Shown: positions 10,065 to 21,113, counted from the stretch's first letter. The stretch is DNA of 64,000 nucleotides from an uncultured Haloferula sp. (GCA_965652295.1 CBFGTS010000007.1:64001-128000); one strand, 5' to 3'. The notes: generated by a model from the sequence alone, not told the origin. Made by a program: numbers and translations.

Positions 10065-10724
10065 TCAAGACTCCGCTTGGACCACCATGTTGCTGATCCT
10101 TTCCCGTCCGATCGTCGTCGGATCCCCATGGCCGGGGAGGACGCGGGTGTCGTGAGGGAGCGGGTAGAGCTTTTCGACGATCCCGCGGCAGAGCAGGTCG
10201 AGATCGCCGCCGGGAAGATCGCCGCGGCCGGTGGAGCTGTGGAAAAGGGTGTCGCCGGCGAAGATGACTTCCATTTCCGGGAGGTGAAAAACGACGCTGT
10301 CCGCCGAATGGCCGGGGACGTGGAGGAGGGAGAAATCGAGCCCGTCGATTTCCAGCCGGTCTTGCCCCTCAAGCGTGTGATCGACAGCGAACTCTTCGAC
10401 ATCGAACGGCATGCCCCATTGGCGCACGACTTCTTCGAGGGTCAGGGCGCGGGAGAACGCATTCCATGCATAGACCGGCACGCCTTTGGCGGCGATGGCC
10501 GCCGCGGTCATGACGTGGTCGAAATGTTGGTGGGTGAGCAGCAGTGCCGTCGGCAGCACGCCGCGTTCGTCGAGCCAGCGGTCGGCCTCCATCGGCGCGT
10601 CGATCATCACGTGTCCGCCGCCCGGTGTTGAAACCAGATATCCGTTGGTGAGGAGATACCCTCCTTCAAATCGCTGGATGCCTTCCACGGCGGGAAAGGA
10701 AGCGGGCGGGATGGCGGGTGTCAA
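10065..10724 (-). CDS. MBL-fold metallo-hydrolase (glyoxalase II/YcbL-like)
   Basis: THQHFDH, PGHS, GDTLF and PGHG motifs; start uncertain. Confidence 0.9.
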   Translation of the reverse strand: MTPAIPPASFPAVEGIQRFEGGYLLTNGYLVSTPGGGHVMIDAPMEADRWLDERGVLPTALLLTHQHFDHVMTAAAIAAKGVPVYAWNAFSRALTLEEVVRQWGMPFDVEEFAVDHTLEGQDRLEIDGLDFSLLHVPGHSADSVVFHLPEMEVIFAGDTLFHSSTGRGDLPGGDLDLLCRGIVEKLYPLPHDTRVLPGHGDPTTIGRERISNMVVQAES

Positions 10725-10931
10725 ACCCGCGGCCGGGCCGGGATTTTGGAGGAAATCCGGCGTCCGGGTTCTAACGGCGCAACAATACGTATCGGTGCCG
10801 CGCGGGGCGACTCAGGTTTTAGTTGCCGCGCTTCCCAACCGGGGCCTAGACTTCCGCCCCCGATTCGACTCCGGATCGGAGAGGAAAGGGGTCCTCTCCC
10901 ATCCGGGGTTGGCCGGGCGACTTCATTCATC

Positions 10932-13900
10932 ATGAATCCAGACCGCGCGACCCTTAATTTCCTCAACGGTTTCCCCGAGGAATCCCGCAAGCTGGGCGAG
11001 ACCTTGCAGCAAGACGGCATGGTCACCCAGATCTTCGGCAACCACCTGTTCATCCAGGGGCGCGTCGAGCACGAGAGCGGTACCTTCCGCACCAGCCTGC
11101 GTCTCCAGGGTAACCGTTGGTTCGGCTCCTGCACCGCGGAGGACGAGATCATTTCCGGTGCCTGCCAGTACGCGACGATGATGGAGCGGATGCACCGTGG
11201 CGAGGCGCTGCCGGAATCTCCCAACGAGTTCGACGACACGCCGGTGCTCGACATCATCGAGGACAAGCTCGGCCGCGAGCTCGACGACAAGGAGGCGGAC
11301 TTCGTTTCCAAGGTCGAGAAGCGCTACCGCCGCTACGTCATCGAGGGCGAGATCCACGACCACGACATGGTGCGCCTGACGCCGCGCTGGGAAATCACCA
11401 CCTACGAGCCGCTCGAGCTGTGGCCGATGCCGCCGGGCGACATCCTCGAGTTCTGGAACTACCTCGCCTACGCCTTCTACAAGCGGAAGCTCCCGTATCC
11501 GGACTTCATGAACGTCATCACGGATCTGAACTACGTTCAGAAGAAGATGGCGGATTGGGAGCAGGAGCGCGAGGTCGCGGCCTGGTACGACCGCATCGAG
11601 CAGGTCAACGAACGCCCGCCGCAGGGCCCGCCGATGAACATCGCCTTCCGTCTGGTGGCGACGATCAACGAGGCCCGCCTCGAGGGCCGGGAGGGCAATG
11701 GCCCGTGGATGCAGCTGCGGGAAAAGAACGAGATCGAACGCTACTTCCCGCTCTTCGCCGAAGCCGCGCTGCGCATGGATGCACCCAGCCAGGTGCTGTG
11801 GGAGCATTTCCTCGCCTATTACAAAGAGACGGGCGAGACGACCTTCGACTTCGATCAGGAGCATGCCTGCCGCTTCATGAACCGTCTCTTCCGCCAGCCG
11901 GCGTTGAAGGGCTACCTCGTGAACCTGGACGAGAAGGAATTCAAGGTGGTGGACCGCCCCCTGAGCTGGGTCTGCGAGGACGATCCTTATGATCCGGGCA
12001 GCTACGCCCTGCAGCTCGTCACACTGGAGGGCGAGAACGTTTCCCACTCCGTGCGCATGCTGCCGGGCCGCAAGGAACTCTATCAGTCCGATGAAACCGT
12101 TTTCCCGGGCCCGCCGCGCTGGCTGGAGGAAACGGAGATCATGCCCCGCTACCTGATCCCGAAGAAGGTGATCGATTCGCTCGAGGGCGTCGAGTTCCTC
12201 CGCAAGATCGGTGCTTCGCTGCCGGAATCACTGAAGAAGCGCGTCGTGGATCTCGAGCTGAAGCCGAAGTTCGAGCTGAAGCTCGTCGCCGGCCTGACCG
12301 CGGCGGAGACCGAACACCTGGTGGTGGAGGTCAACGCCATCGAGTCCAAGGACCGCCGCACCGAAAAGCTCACCCGCGAGGGCTGGGAAGTCGTCGAGCA
12401 GCAGTCGTTGAAAGGCCGCCAGCTCCTGCGTTTCGCCCGCGAAGACCTCTACCCGGTGCCTTCGCTGCTGGAGGAAATGGGGCTGACCTACGATGAAAAG
12501 CTCGGAGCCTTCAAATCCCGGATCACCAAGCAGTTTCCCGAGAAATTCGCCGAATGGATCCAGACCATGCCCGAGGCGGTCACGCTCGATATCGATGTCC
12601 GCCTGAAGTCGATCCTCGCCGATCCCGTCACCGCCGCGGTGCGCTTCGAGGTCATCAATCAGGACATCGACTGGTTCGACCTGCGGATCGTCATCGACGT
12701 CGACGGCGTCAATCTTTCCAAGGCGCAGATCCGTCAACTCGTGGCCGCCCGCGGTGGCTACGTGCGGATGGAGGACGGCTCCTGGATGCGGCTTGAGATC
12801 AAGCTCGATCCCGAGCAGCGCGACGCCGTCACCCGCCTCGGCCTCGATCCCTTCGACCTTTCCGGAGAGACCCACCGCATGCACGCGCTGCAGTTGGCCG
12901 ATCCGAAAGCGGCCGAGGTCTTCGACCCGAAAGCGTGGAAGCGCATCAAGGACCGCGCTGGCGATATCACCATCGATGTGAGGCCGCCGGTGCCGGACCG
13001 TCTCGACGCCACCCTGCGGCCGTATCAGGTCGAGGGCTACCAGTTCCTCGCCTATCTTTCGACCAATCGCTTCGGCGGCATCCTGGCCGACGACATGGGT
13101 CTGGGGAAAACGATCCAGTCGCTCACCTACATCCTGTGGCTGCTTGAAGAGCGCGAGAAAAACAACGAGTCCCACCGCCCGGCGCTTATCGTCTGTCCGA
13201 AGTCGGTGCTCGATGTGTGGGCCAGCGAGGCGCAGAAATTCTGTCCCGGCGTGCGCGCCAAGATCCTCCGCAACCGCGACGATCTCGACGTGCCGGAGAC
13301 GCAGGAGAACATCGACATGCTCATCCTCAACTACGCGCAGTTGCGCGTTTGCGGAGACCTGCTCAATGAAATCAAGTGGCTCACCATCATCCTCGACGAA
13401 GGCCAGCAGATCAAGAATCCGGACTCGAAGGCCGCTAAGTGCGCCCGTGAGCTGGATTCGCAGAACCGCCTGGTGCTGACGGGAACGCCGATCGAGAACC
13501 GCCTCCTCGACATGTGGTCGCTGATGGCGTTCGCCATGCCCGGCGTCCTCGGCAGCCGCGCCTACTTCAAGAAGCGCTTCGACAAGAGGAAGGACCCGCT
13601 TTCCCAGAACCGCCTGGCCGCCCGCCTGCGCCCGTTCCTGCTCCGCCGGACCAAGCTCCAGGTGGCCCAGGACCTGCCGCCGCGGACGGAAGAGGAGGTC
13701 TACTCCACCATGGATGGCATCCAGCAGGATCTCTACAAGGCCGAGCTGAAGCGGATTCAGAAAGCGCTGTTGGGGCTCGATTCCGACGAGGCGGTGAAGA
13801 AGAACTCCTTCGCCATTCTCCAAGGACTCATGCGCCTGCGGCAGATCTGCTGCCACCCGGGCCTGATCGATCCGAAGTATCTCAAGGAAGAGAGCGCCAA

Positions 13901-14564
13901 GATGGAGTCTCTCTTCTACCTGCTTGATCAGCTCTACGAGGAAGGTCACAAGGTACTGGTCTTCTCGCAGTTCGTTTCGATGCTCGATCTGATCAAGGCG
14001 CGCCTTGAGCTGGACGCCCGTCCGTTCCACTACCTCACCGGGCAAACGAAGGACCGGAAGGGCGAGATCGAGAGCTTTCAGACGACCAAGGACGCCTCGG
14101 TGTTCATGCTTTCGCTGAAGGCGGGCGGTGCCGGGCTGAACCTGACCTCGGCCTCGTACGTGATTCTCTACGACCCGTGGTGGAACCCGGCGGTGGAAAA
14201 CCAAGCCATCGACCGCACGCACCGGATCGGTCAGAAGAGCAAGGTCATCGCCTATCGTCTGCTGACCCGCGACACGGTCGAAGAGAAGATCCGCATCCTG
14301 CAGCACCAGAAAACCCAGCTCGTCACCAACGTCCTGGGCGACGAGGGCTTCGCCTCGAATCTCGGGCTTGATGACTTGCAGTTCATCCTCAGCCACGGTG
14401 GGGAGGACGAGGAGGATTTCCCGCAGCCGGCACGCAAGACCGCGAAGAAGGTGGCGACCTCCGAGGAGGAAGAGGAATCCGAGACCCTGTCGCTCGCGAA
14501 AAAATTGCCCAAGAAGCTGCCAAAGAAAAAGGTGGCCAAAGAGGGCGCGAAAAAGCAGAAGTGA
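10932..14564 (+). CDS. SNF2-family helicase/ATPase
   Basis: GILADDMGLGKT, LDEGQQIKN, LTGTPIEN, DPWWNPAVENQAIDRTHRIGQ. Confidence 0.95.
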   Translation: MNPDRATLNFLNGFPEESRKLGETLQQDGMVTQIFGNHLFIQGRVEHESGTFRTSLRLQGNRWFGSCTAEDEIISGACQYATMMERMHRGEALPESPNEFDDTPVLDIIEDKLGRELDDKEADFVSKVEKRYRRYVIEGEIHDHDMVRLTPRWEITTYEPLELWPMPPGDILEFWNYLAYAFYKRKLPYPDFMNVITDLNYVQKKMADWEQEREVAAWYDRIEQVNERPPQGPPMNIAFRLVATINEARLEGREGNGPWMQLREKNEIERYFPLFAEAALRMDAPSQVLWEHFLAYYKETGETTFDFDQEHACRFMNRLFRQPALKGYLVNLDEKEFKVVDRPLSWVCEDDPYDPGSYALQLVTLEGENVSHSVRMLPGRKELYQSDETVFPGPPRWLEETEIMPRYLIPKKVIDSLEGVEFLRKIGASLPESLKKRVVDLELKPKFELKLVAGLTAAETEHLVVEVNAIESKDRRTEKLTREGWEVVEQQSLKGRQLLRFAREDLYPVPSLLEEMGLTYDEKLGAFKSRITKQFPEKFAEWIQTMPEAVTLDIDVRLKSILADPVTAAVRFEVINQDIDWFDLRIVIDVDGVNLSKAQIRQLVAARGGYVRMEDGSWMRLEIKLDPEQRDAVTRLGLDPFDLSGETHRMHALQLADPKAAEVFDPKAWKRIKDRAGDITIDVRPPVPDRLDATLRPYQVEGYQFLAYLSTNRFGGILADDMGLGKTIQSLTYILWLLEEREKNNESHRPALIVCPKSVLDVWASEAQKFCPGVRAKILRNRDDLDVPETQENIDMLILNYAQLRVCGDLLNEIKWLTIILDEGQQIKNPDSKAAKCARELDSQNRLVLTGTPIENRLLDMWSLMAFAMPGVLGSRAYFKKRFDKRKDPLSQNRLAARLRPFLLRRTKLQVAQDLPPRTEEEVYSTMDGIQQDLYKAELKRIQKALLGLDSDEAVKKNSFAILQGLMRLRQICCHPGLIDPKYLKEESAKMESLFYLLDQLYEEGHKVLVFSQFVSMLDLIKARLELDARPFHYLTGQTKDRKGEIESFQTTKDASVFMLSLKAGGAGLNLTSASYVILYDPWWNPAVENQAIDRTHRIGQKSKVIAYRLLTRDTVEEKIRILQHQKTQLVTNVLGDEGFASNLGLDDLQFILSHGGEDEEDFPQPARKTAKKVATSEEEEESETLSLAKKLPKKLPKKKVAKEGAKKQK

Positions 14565-14731
14565 AGAATCACGGATCTCATCCGTTTTCCAAAAACCCCA
14601 GACAATCGCCCTGCTCGCCGGTTTTCCGGTGGGTGGGGCGGTTCCTTTTTCCGGAGGCGCTTCTTGGAAGGGTTCTTAAATGATCCGCTTTGCCATCGCC
14701 AGCCGCAGCTCGGGCAACCATCCTCCGAGCC

Positions 14732-15664
14732 GTGCGGCGATTGGTATCCATCGACGAGATCGCGGGCCTTCCGGGTCCGGCTCACTTGGCTCTCGGGGTG
14801 TTTGACGGCGTCCACCTCGGGCACCAAGCGGTGATCGCGCGGGCGGTCGAGGCGGCGCGGGACCGCGGAGGCGCGGCGGGAGTGTTGACTTTTGATCCGA
14901 ACCCCCTCCGGGTCCTGGCTCCTGAGAAAGCGCCGGCGCGGCTTCTGGCTTCGCTCGATCACAAAGCGGAGATCCTGGCTCCCTTGGGGGTGGATTTCCT
15001 GGTGGCGCTGCCGTTCGATCAGGAGCGGGCGCGGGTCGAGGCGGAGGATTTCGTCAACGAACTCATTGCGGCGGGATGTGCGACGCTTGTCGCCGGCGAG
15101 GATTGGCGGTTCGGCCGGGATCGGCGCGGCGGGCGCGGCCTGCTCGACCGGATGGCGGCGGAGAGGGGTTTCGATTTCCACGCCATCGCGCCGGTGATGA
15201 TGGAGGGTGAGAGAATCAGCAGCACCCGGGTGCGTCAGGCGATCCGGGATGGAAACCTTGATGCCGCCGCGAGAATGCTGGGTCGCCGCTACACGGTGCA
15301 GGGGCGGGTGATCAAGGGGCGCGAGCTCGGCCGCAAGCTCGGCTTTCCCACCGCCAACCTCGAACGGGGGGAAGAACAGTACCCTCCCGATGGAGTCTGG
15401 GCGGTGCGGGCAGGAGTCGGTGGCGTGTGGCATCCGGCCGTCGCGAATCTCGGCGTGAGGCCGACGGTGGACGGCAGCGTGCGGCAACTCGAGGTGCACC
15501 TCATCGGGTTTCAAGGCGATCTGTATGGCGAGCTGATGGAGGTGGACTGGATCCGGCATCTGCGGGGCGAAAAGCGTTTTGCGAGTCTCGACGAACTGGC
15601 TGCGGCGATTGAGGTCGACCGGGCTGCCGCGGCCGCGTGCCTGGCCGATGCCAAAGAACGATGA
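14732..15664 (+). CDS. ribF: Bifunctional riboflavin kinase/FAD synthetase
   Basis: GVFDGVHLGHQ, ISSTRVR, GRKLGFPTAN, LEVHL; GTG start assumed. Confidence 0.95.
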   Translation: MRRLVSIDEIAGLPGPAHLALGVFDGVHLGHQAVIARAVEAARDRGGAAGVLTFDPNPLRVLAPEKAPARLLASLDHKAEILAPLGVDFLVALPFDQERARVEAEDFVNELIAAGCATLVAGEDWRFGRDRRGGRGLLDRMAAERGFDFHAIAPVMMEGERISSTRVRQAIRDGNLDAAARMLGRRYTVQGRVIKGRELGRKLGFPTANLERGEEQYPPDGVWAVRAGVGGVWHPAVANLGVRPTVDGSVRQLEVHLIGFQGDLYGELMEVDWIRHLRGEKRFASLDELAAAIEVDRAAAAACLADAKER

Positions 15665-15765
15665 AATTTCCCGGATTTTCGGCTTACGCTGCCCGATGCA
15701 GCTCCCTATAAGCCTTCGAAAACCCCGGCATGCCTGAACTTTCCATTGCGTCCATCCGCGTCCCG

Positions 15766-18198
15766 ATGCGCCATGTTCTAACTCTTACGGCCCTGATTTG
15801 TGCGGCAACGACCCTGCCCTTGGCGGCCCAGGGTTCGTCGCTCGCCGAGGCGGAGCTTCAACGCCGCACGGCTGCGGCCGTGGAAGCTCGCCAGCTCATG
15901 GAGAGTGGCGATGAAGCCTATCAGAAGGGGGAATACGACGAAGCTGCGAAAGCCTACCGTGGCGCCGTCGAACTGCTTCCTTCCGGGGCCCCAGTCTTCG
16001 CTGAACAGCGCGCCTTGGCCACTGAGCGCTTCGCGCAGGCTTCTGTCGAGATCGCGCGCAAGGCCCGTCGCTTGGGCAATCTGGACAAGGCGGAAGCCGC
16101 CTTGGATGCGGTGCTTCAGCCGGACATGCTCCCCAATGACATCGGGGCGCTCGCTGAGCGGGAGCAGCTCTTCGACCCCATTCGAACCAATCCGGCATCC
16201 AGCGCCGAACATACTTCCGACATCGAGGAAGTTCGCTTTCTTCTCTACCGCGCCCACGGTGCCTTCGAAGCAGGGAAATTCGATGAAGCGCATGCGGTGT
16301 TCGAGGACGTCCTCCGCGTGGATCCGACCAACACCGCCGCTCGCCGCGGAATGGAGAAAGTCGCCGCCGCGAAATCGAGCTATTTCATGGCCGCCCGCGA
16401 CCATGCCCGGGCCGAGATGCTCGGGATGGTGGATGGGGCGTGGGAGCTGGTTCCGCCCGCTCCGGAGGCCTTCGGTTTCGAAGATGTCCGGGTCGATTCA
16501 CGCGAGCAGGCGGTCGATTACTCCACCAAGATCCGCCAGATCGAAATCCCGGTCGTGATGCTGGAGGACGTCTCCATCATCGAAGCGATCGATTTCGTCC
16601 GCGGGCAGGCGATCGAGCTGGATTCCCAGGAGCTCGATCCTGCTCGGCGCGGAGTGAACATCGTTCTGGATCTGAACGACAACCCGGCGATTCTGAGCCA
16701 TCGGTTCAATCTCAGCCTGCGGAATGTGCCGCTGCTCCAAGTGATCGAATACATCGCCCAGGAAACCGGCACTGTGGTGGTCGAGCAGCCCTATGCGATC
16801 ACTCTCCGGCCGGCGGGTTCCTCATCCGCGGATCTCGTTACCCGCACCTTCCGGGTTCCCCCGGACTTCCTCAGCGCCGGATCGACCAATGCCGAAGCCC
16901 CTGTGGACGTCCCCGACCCGTTTGGCGACGATGGCAGCACGGGCGGTGGTGTGACTGCTCGCCGGCTCACCGCCCAGCAGGTGCTCGAATCGCGGGGCGT
17001 GACTTTCCCCGAGGGGGCCTCAGCGAGTTTCAATGCCTCGACCTCCGAGCTCCGGGTGATCAACTCCACCGCGAACCTGGCGATGGTGCAGCAGGTCGTG
17101 GATGCGCTGGCCAGTCAGGAGCCGACCTCGGTGATCGTCGAGGTGAAGGTGATCCGCACCAGCCAGAAGAATCTCGAAGAGCTGGGTTTTGACTGGCTGA
17201 TGGGGAACTTCGGTGTCGGCGGCGCGGGGAGCATCCCCGGCACCAATCCGGTGTACATCGGCGGTGGCACCCAGGGCAACGGGGGCGACTTGTCGGATAT
17301 CCCAGTGGGGGGCATGTTTCCCGCGCCGATGACAGCCGGAAACCGCAGTGGTCAGGAGGCGATCCCGCTCGACTCGCTCGACGACATCATCGCCAATCCC
17401 GATCGCATCGCCCAGAGCGTAGTTCCCCGCGCCCCCGGAGCCCTTTGGGTCAATGGGTTTGTCAACGATACCTTCGTCAACATGATGATGCGCGGGCTCG
17501 GCCAAAAGAAGGGGACGGACTTGATGACCAAGCCCTCGGTCGTGACCCGCAGTGGGCAGGCGGCGTCGGTGCGCGTGACCCGTGAGTTCATCTACCCTAC
17601 CGAATATGAACCGCCGGAGCTGCCGAACTCGATCGGCACCTCGTCGGTGATCGATTTCTCCGGTGGCTTCGGGTTAGGCGGTGGCTCGGGATCGAGCTTT
17701 CCCGTCACCCCGGCGACACCGACCAGCTTCGAAATGCGGGAAATCGGGGTGATCCTTGACGTACTGCCGACGGTCAGCGCCGACAAGAACTACGTCGATG
17801 TCAGTCTCAAGCCCGACCTCACCGAGTTCGACGGCTTTGTGAACTACGGCTCACCCATCACCTCTGGTTCTGCGTCGAGCCTTTCTTTCGGGGGGGGTGG
17901 CGTAAGCCTCACGGAGGAGCCGCAGATTCTCACTCGGAACGAGATCGTCATGCCTGTGTTTTCAAAAATGGCGACGGAAACCTCGCTCACCGTGGCGGAT
18001 GGCGCGACGATCGTCATCGGCGGCATGCTGGAAGAACGTCACCAGAACATCGAGGACCGGACCCCGGTGCTGGGCGACCTGCCCATCGTGGGCCGGCTGT
18101 TCCAGAGCAAGGTGGATGCGCCTACCCGGACAGCGATCCTGTTCCTCGTGAACGTGAAGGTAGTGGACGCAGCGGGTCGCCCGTTCAACAATAGGTGA
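15766..18198 (+). CDS. Type II/IV-pilus secretin with N-terminal TPR repeats (Amuc_1098-like)
   Basis: Signal peptide, TPRs, LEELGFDW, REFIYPTEY, VLGDLPIVGRLF. Confidence 0.88.
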   Translation: MRHVLTLTALICAATTLPLAAQGSSLAEAELQRRTAAAVEARQLMESGDEAYQKGEYDEAAKAYRGAVELLPSGAPVFAEQRALATERFAQASVEIARKARRLGNLDKAEAALDAVLQPDMLPNDIGALAEREQLFDPIRTNPASSAEHTSDIEEVRFLLYRAHGAFEAGKFDEAHAVFEDVLRVDPTNTAARRGMEKVAAAKSSYFMAARDHARAEMLGMVDGAWELVPPAPEAFGFEDVRVDSREQAVDYSTKIRQIEIPVVMLEDVSIIEAIDFVRGQAIELDSQELDPARRGVNIVLDLNDNPAILSHRFNLSLRNVPLLQVIEYIAQETGTVVVEQPYAITLRPAGSSSADLVTRTFRVPPDFLSAGSTNAEAPVDVPDPFGDDGSTGGGVTARRLTAQQVLESRGVTFPEGASASFNASTSELRVINSTANLAMVQQVVDALASQEPTSVIVEVKVIRTSQKNLEELGFDWLMGNFGVGGAGSIPGTNPVYIGGGTQGNGGDLSDIPVGGMFPAPMTAGNRSGQEAIPLDSLDDIIANPDRIAQSVVPRAPGALWVNGFVNDTFVNMMMRGLGQKKGTDLMTKPSVVTRSGQAASVRVTREFIYPTEYEPPELPNSIGTSSVIDFSGGFGLGGGSGSSFPVTPATPTSFEMREIGVILDVLPTVSADKNYVDVSLKPDLTEFDGFVNYGSPITSGSASSLSFGGGGVSLTEEPQILTRNEIVMPVFSKMATETSLTVADGATIVIGGMLEERHQNIEDRTPVLGDLPIVGRLFQSKVDAPTRTAILFLVNVKVVDAAGRPFNNR

Positions 18199-18227
18199 GC
18201 CCCGGACCGAGGACCGAGCGACACGTC

Positions 18228-19757
18228 ATGTCTGATTCTGATAAGGACAACTATAGCATTGATGAAATGCTGGAGCGCCTCAAATCGCGTTCCACCCCGA
18301 AAGCGGAGAATGAACCCGAGCTGGTGACCCGGGAGGATGGGTCACAGGTTTACCGCGTCCGCAAGCGCAAGCGAAGAAGTCGTCAGCCGCACAAGGAGAA
18401 GGAGGTGAAGCGCCGTCGGCGGACTTTGGTGACGGTGAGTTTCGCCACCATTGTCGCATTCTTTGCAGGCATTGCGGTCATTGTGTGGCTGCTCTATCTC
18501 AATGGCCCGAGCTATCAGGCCAAGGTGGAGGATCGCATTTCAAAGGTCAGCGGTGCCGAAGTGGAAACCACGCTGTTCCGGGCCACTCCCCTCGGCGTCG
18601 GATTCCAAAACATGACTTTGAAATGGCCCGAGACCTCGCCGGTCGCCAGCCTCAGGATCAGTCATGCCTCGGGCGATCTTGATTTTTCCAGTCATCTCAC
18701 AGGTCAGTGGCGGGGCGAGTTGTTGCGAGCCAATACCGTGGAGATGGTGCTGCAAGCGCCTGCTCCGGGGCCGCAAACCGGGGTGATCCCCGCTGGCGGC
18801 ATCCCTTTCCTCCAGCCCATACGGGCGGGCAACTTCAAGCTCCGCATGGGTGGGGAGAAGGCGACACCGCTGCTCCTTTCGGACGGCTTCGCGACTCTGA
18901 CCGTGACCGATCCGATGGCACCCCAGGCCACCTTGGTGGTGGAAAAGGGGAGACTACGAATCTGGAACTGGGGTCGTTTCGACCTCGGGGTCGCCAGCTT
19001 CAAGCTTGCAGAGAACGGAGTTCAACTCGGAACCATGGTGTTTTCGCCTCTGGAGCACCCGAAGTCGGAGTTCCGGCTTCAAGGCCAGCCGGAGGTGCCC
19101 CTGCCCTTGGATGGGAGCGAAGCCACGATGACGCTCGGCATCACCAACATGCCCAGCGAAGAGCTTCTTGGCGCGGACATGGGCTGCCTTTTCGAGGCCA
19201 CTCTGGAGAATGCCTCGGAAGCCGTGCCCTGCACGGTCACAGCCGATCTCACCAAGCTCGACTCGATCCGGGTGGAAGGGGCGGTTTCAAGCCAATCGAG
19301 TTCGCTCGCTTATCTCAAGAAGCTTCCGATGTTCCTCGCGTTGGCCGATTTGATGGACGACCAGAAATTCCATGAACCTCGTCTGGAGCTGAAGCAGCCG
19401 GTCTATTTCACCCGTGATCAGGTCGAGGGCACCACCCTCCGGGATTTCGATTTCGACGGCCGCGGAGTGTTGCGGCTCCGTGGAAAAATCACGGTCGATC
19501 CGCAAGGCAATCTCTCCGGGCGGCTTGACGTTGGGATCCACCAGACGTCGGCCTTGCTCTGCGATAGCCGTGCCTTCCCGATCGTTTTCTCACGCGAGAG
19601 TGAAAACTACGCTTGGGGGACGGTGGAGCTGTCCGGCAAGGCCCGCGCTCCTGCGGATGACCTCGCGGCGCAGATCGAGGCCGCACTCGCCGGTACATCT
19701 CCTGCCGTGCAAGGTGCCGGAGGCCTTGAGGACGAATTCGAGCGGCTTACACGCTGA
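18228..19757 (+). CDS. Single-pass membrane-anchored beta-rich protein (possibly AsmA-like)
   Basis: Basic cytoplasmic N-terminus, one TM, long beta-rich periplasmic part. Confidence 0.65.
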   Translation: MSDSDKDNYSIDEMLERLKSRSTPKAENEPELVTREDGSQVYRVRKRKRRSRQPHKEKEVKRRRRTLVTVSFATIVAFFAGIAVIVWLLYLNGPSYQAKVEDRISKVSGAEVETTLFRATPLGVGFQNMTLKWPETSPVASLRISHASGDLDFSSHLTGQWRGELLRANTVEMVLQAPAPGPQTGVIPAGGIPFLQPIRAGNFKLRMGGEKATPLLLSDGFATLTVTDPMAPQATLVVEKGRLRIWNWGRFDLGVASFKLAENGVQLGTMVFSPLEHPKSEFRLQGQPEVPLPLDGSEATMTLGITNMPSEELLGADMGCLFEATLENASEAVPCTVTADLTKLDSIRVEGAVSSQSSSLAYLKKLPMFLALADLMDDQKFHEPRLELKQPVYFTRDQVEGTTLRDFDFDGRGVLRLRGKITVDPQGNLSGRLDVGIHQTSALLCDSRAFPIVFSRESENYAWGTVELSGKARAPADDLAAQIEAALAGTSPAVQGAGGLEDEFERLTR

Positions 19758-19824
19758 GTTCCGCCGCGTCTTCTATGCTTGTGGCTTCCCGGCTCCGTCT
19801 CCAGTCTGTTTCCGCTTCCGGACC

Positions 19825-20928
19825 ATGAGTGCCTCCCCACCTCCGCAACCTTTCTTCGAACACTTCGGACAGGGTGGGGCGATCCATGCTCCGGGGATCA
19901 ACGACCGGGCGGAACGTAAACTCGGTCGTACCTTGCTCCAACCGGTCGAGGCCCTCGGCCGCGGGATTCTCCTGCGCGCTCCGCGTGCCGGATATGGGAA
20001 GACCCATGTTCTGGAGAGGGTCCGCCAGCAGATCGGCGATGGGCATGAGTTCATCCCCTTGCGTCCACTCGACAGCGCCAAGCCGAATGCGGCCGCGGCT
20101 GTCGAGGATGCCCTCCGGCGCTTGACCCGCCAGCTCCCTGCCTCGGGCGGACTGTCTTCGCTCGATATTTATTCCCGTCATCTCTTCGCCCTTGGCCTTC
20201 AGCCACTCGTCAGCTCGGGAGAGGTGCCATGCCAGGATCGCGAGGCGGCGTCACAGGCGCTGCTGAAGCGTCCTGTGGAAACCTTCAACTTCCATCACGC
20301 CCAGGCGGTCACCGCGCATTGGACGCGCGAGAATTTCGAAGTCCTGGGCCCCCGGATTTCGCTGGAAATCAGCAGGGAAACCGGATGCTCGCTCAACCAG
20401 GTTGCCTTTTGGGTGGCTTCCTTGTTCCGCTTTGCCACGGCCTCGCCGGAGCAGGCTGGACGCGGCGGCCTGCTGCTCCAAACGGCGACTGAAAATGCGG
20501 ACGCGGACCGCTTCGGCACCCTTCTGGCGCTGCTTTCGCGGCTCAGACGGATCGTCCTCATCGTCGACGACCTTGAGGGCGTTCACGGCGATCCTGCCGG
20601 GGCCCGCGCGATCGCCGGTTTTCTCTCCACCCTTCGCCAGGAAGCCCCGCGGGTGGACATCGTCGTTTCCGTCAACGACGACGTGTGGGACAGTGCGTTT
20701 GTGCCCGCGTTGAGCGGAGGGCTCCTCGACCGTTTGTCCGAGGTGGTGATCCGGCTCGATCCCATCGATCACCAGGGGGTTCTCTCTCTTCTCCATGCCC
20801 GCGGCTATCCGAATGCCGATGAATTGGCTCGTCACGTCGGTGGTGGAGAGACCGGAACCCACCCCCGTGCGGTCCTGAGACACGCCACGGAAATGGTCGC
20901 CGATCCGACTTCCTCGGCCACGTCCTGA
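19825..20928 (+). CDS. P-loop NTPase of unknown function
   Basis: Walker A variant APRAGYGKT and Walker B IVLIVDDLE. Confidence 0.75.
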   Translation: MSASPPPQPFFEHFGQGGAIHAPGINDRAERKLGRTLLQPVEALGRGILLRAPRAGYGKTHVLERVRQQIGDGHEFIPLRPLDSAKPNAAAAVEDALRRLTRQLPASGGLSSLDIYSRHLFALGLQPLVSSGEVPCQDREAASQALLKRPVETFNFHHAQAVTAHWTRENFEVLGPRISLEISRETGCSLNQVAFWVASLFRFATASPEQAGRGGLLLQTATENADADRFGTLLALLSRLRRIVLIVDDLEGVHGDPAGARAIAGFLSTLRQEAPRVDIVVSVNDDVWDSAFVPALSGGLLDRLSEVVIRLDPIDHQGVLSLLHARGYPNADELARHVGGGETGTHPRAVLRHATEMVADPTSSATS

Positions 20929-21038
20929 GTGATGACGCGGGTGGGTCGATGGATGTCGATTCACGGACATTTTTCCCTTGCCTCAGGCCCGGATCACGTC
21001 CCATCTTCCGCCCGCCCCGTCGGGGCAAACCAAGAAAT

Positions 21039-21113
21039 TCCGGTGTAGCTCAGCGGTAGAGCGGGTGGCTGTTAACCACTAGGTCGTAGGTTCGAACCCT
21101 ACCGCCGGAGCCA
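21039..21113 (+). tRNA. tRNA-Asn(GTT)
   Basis: Cloverleaf: acceptor TCCGGTG/CGCCGGA, anticodon GTT at 21071-21073, GGTTCGAACCC T-arm, encoded CCA. Confidence 0.97.

Noticed and set aside
12228..14396. Long antisense ORFs over SNF2 (likewise 54644-56704 over bamA, 44162-45847, 48225-49688, 52920-54290)
   Set aside because: Each lies opposite a gene with clear family motifs; shadow frames.
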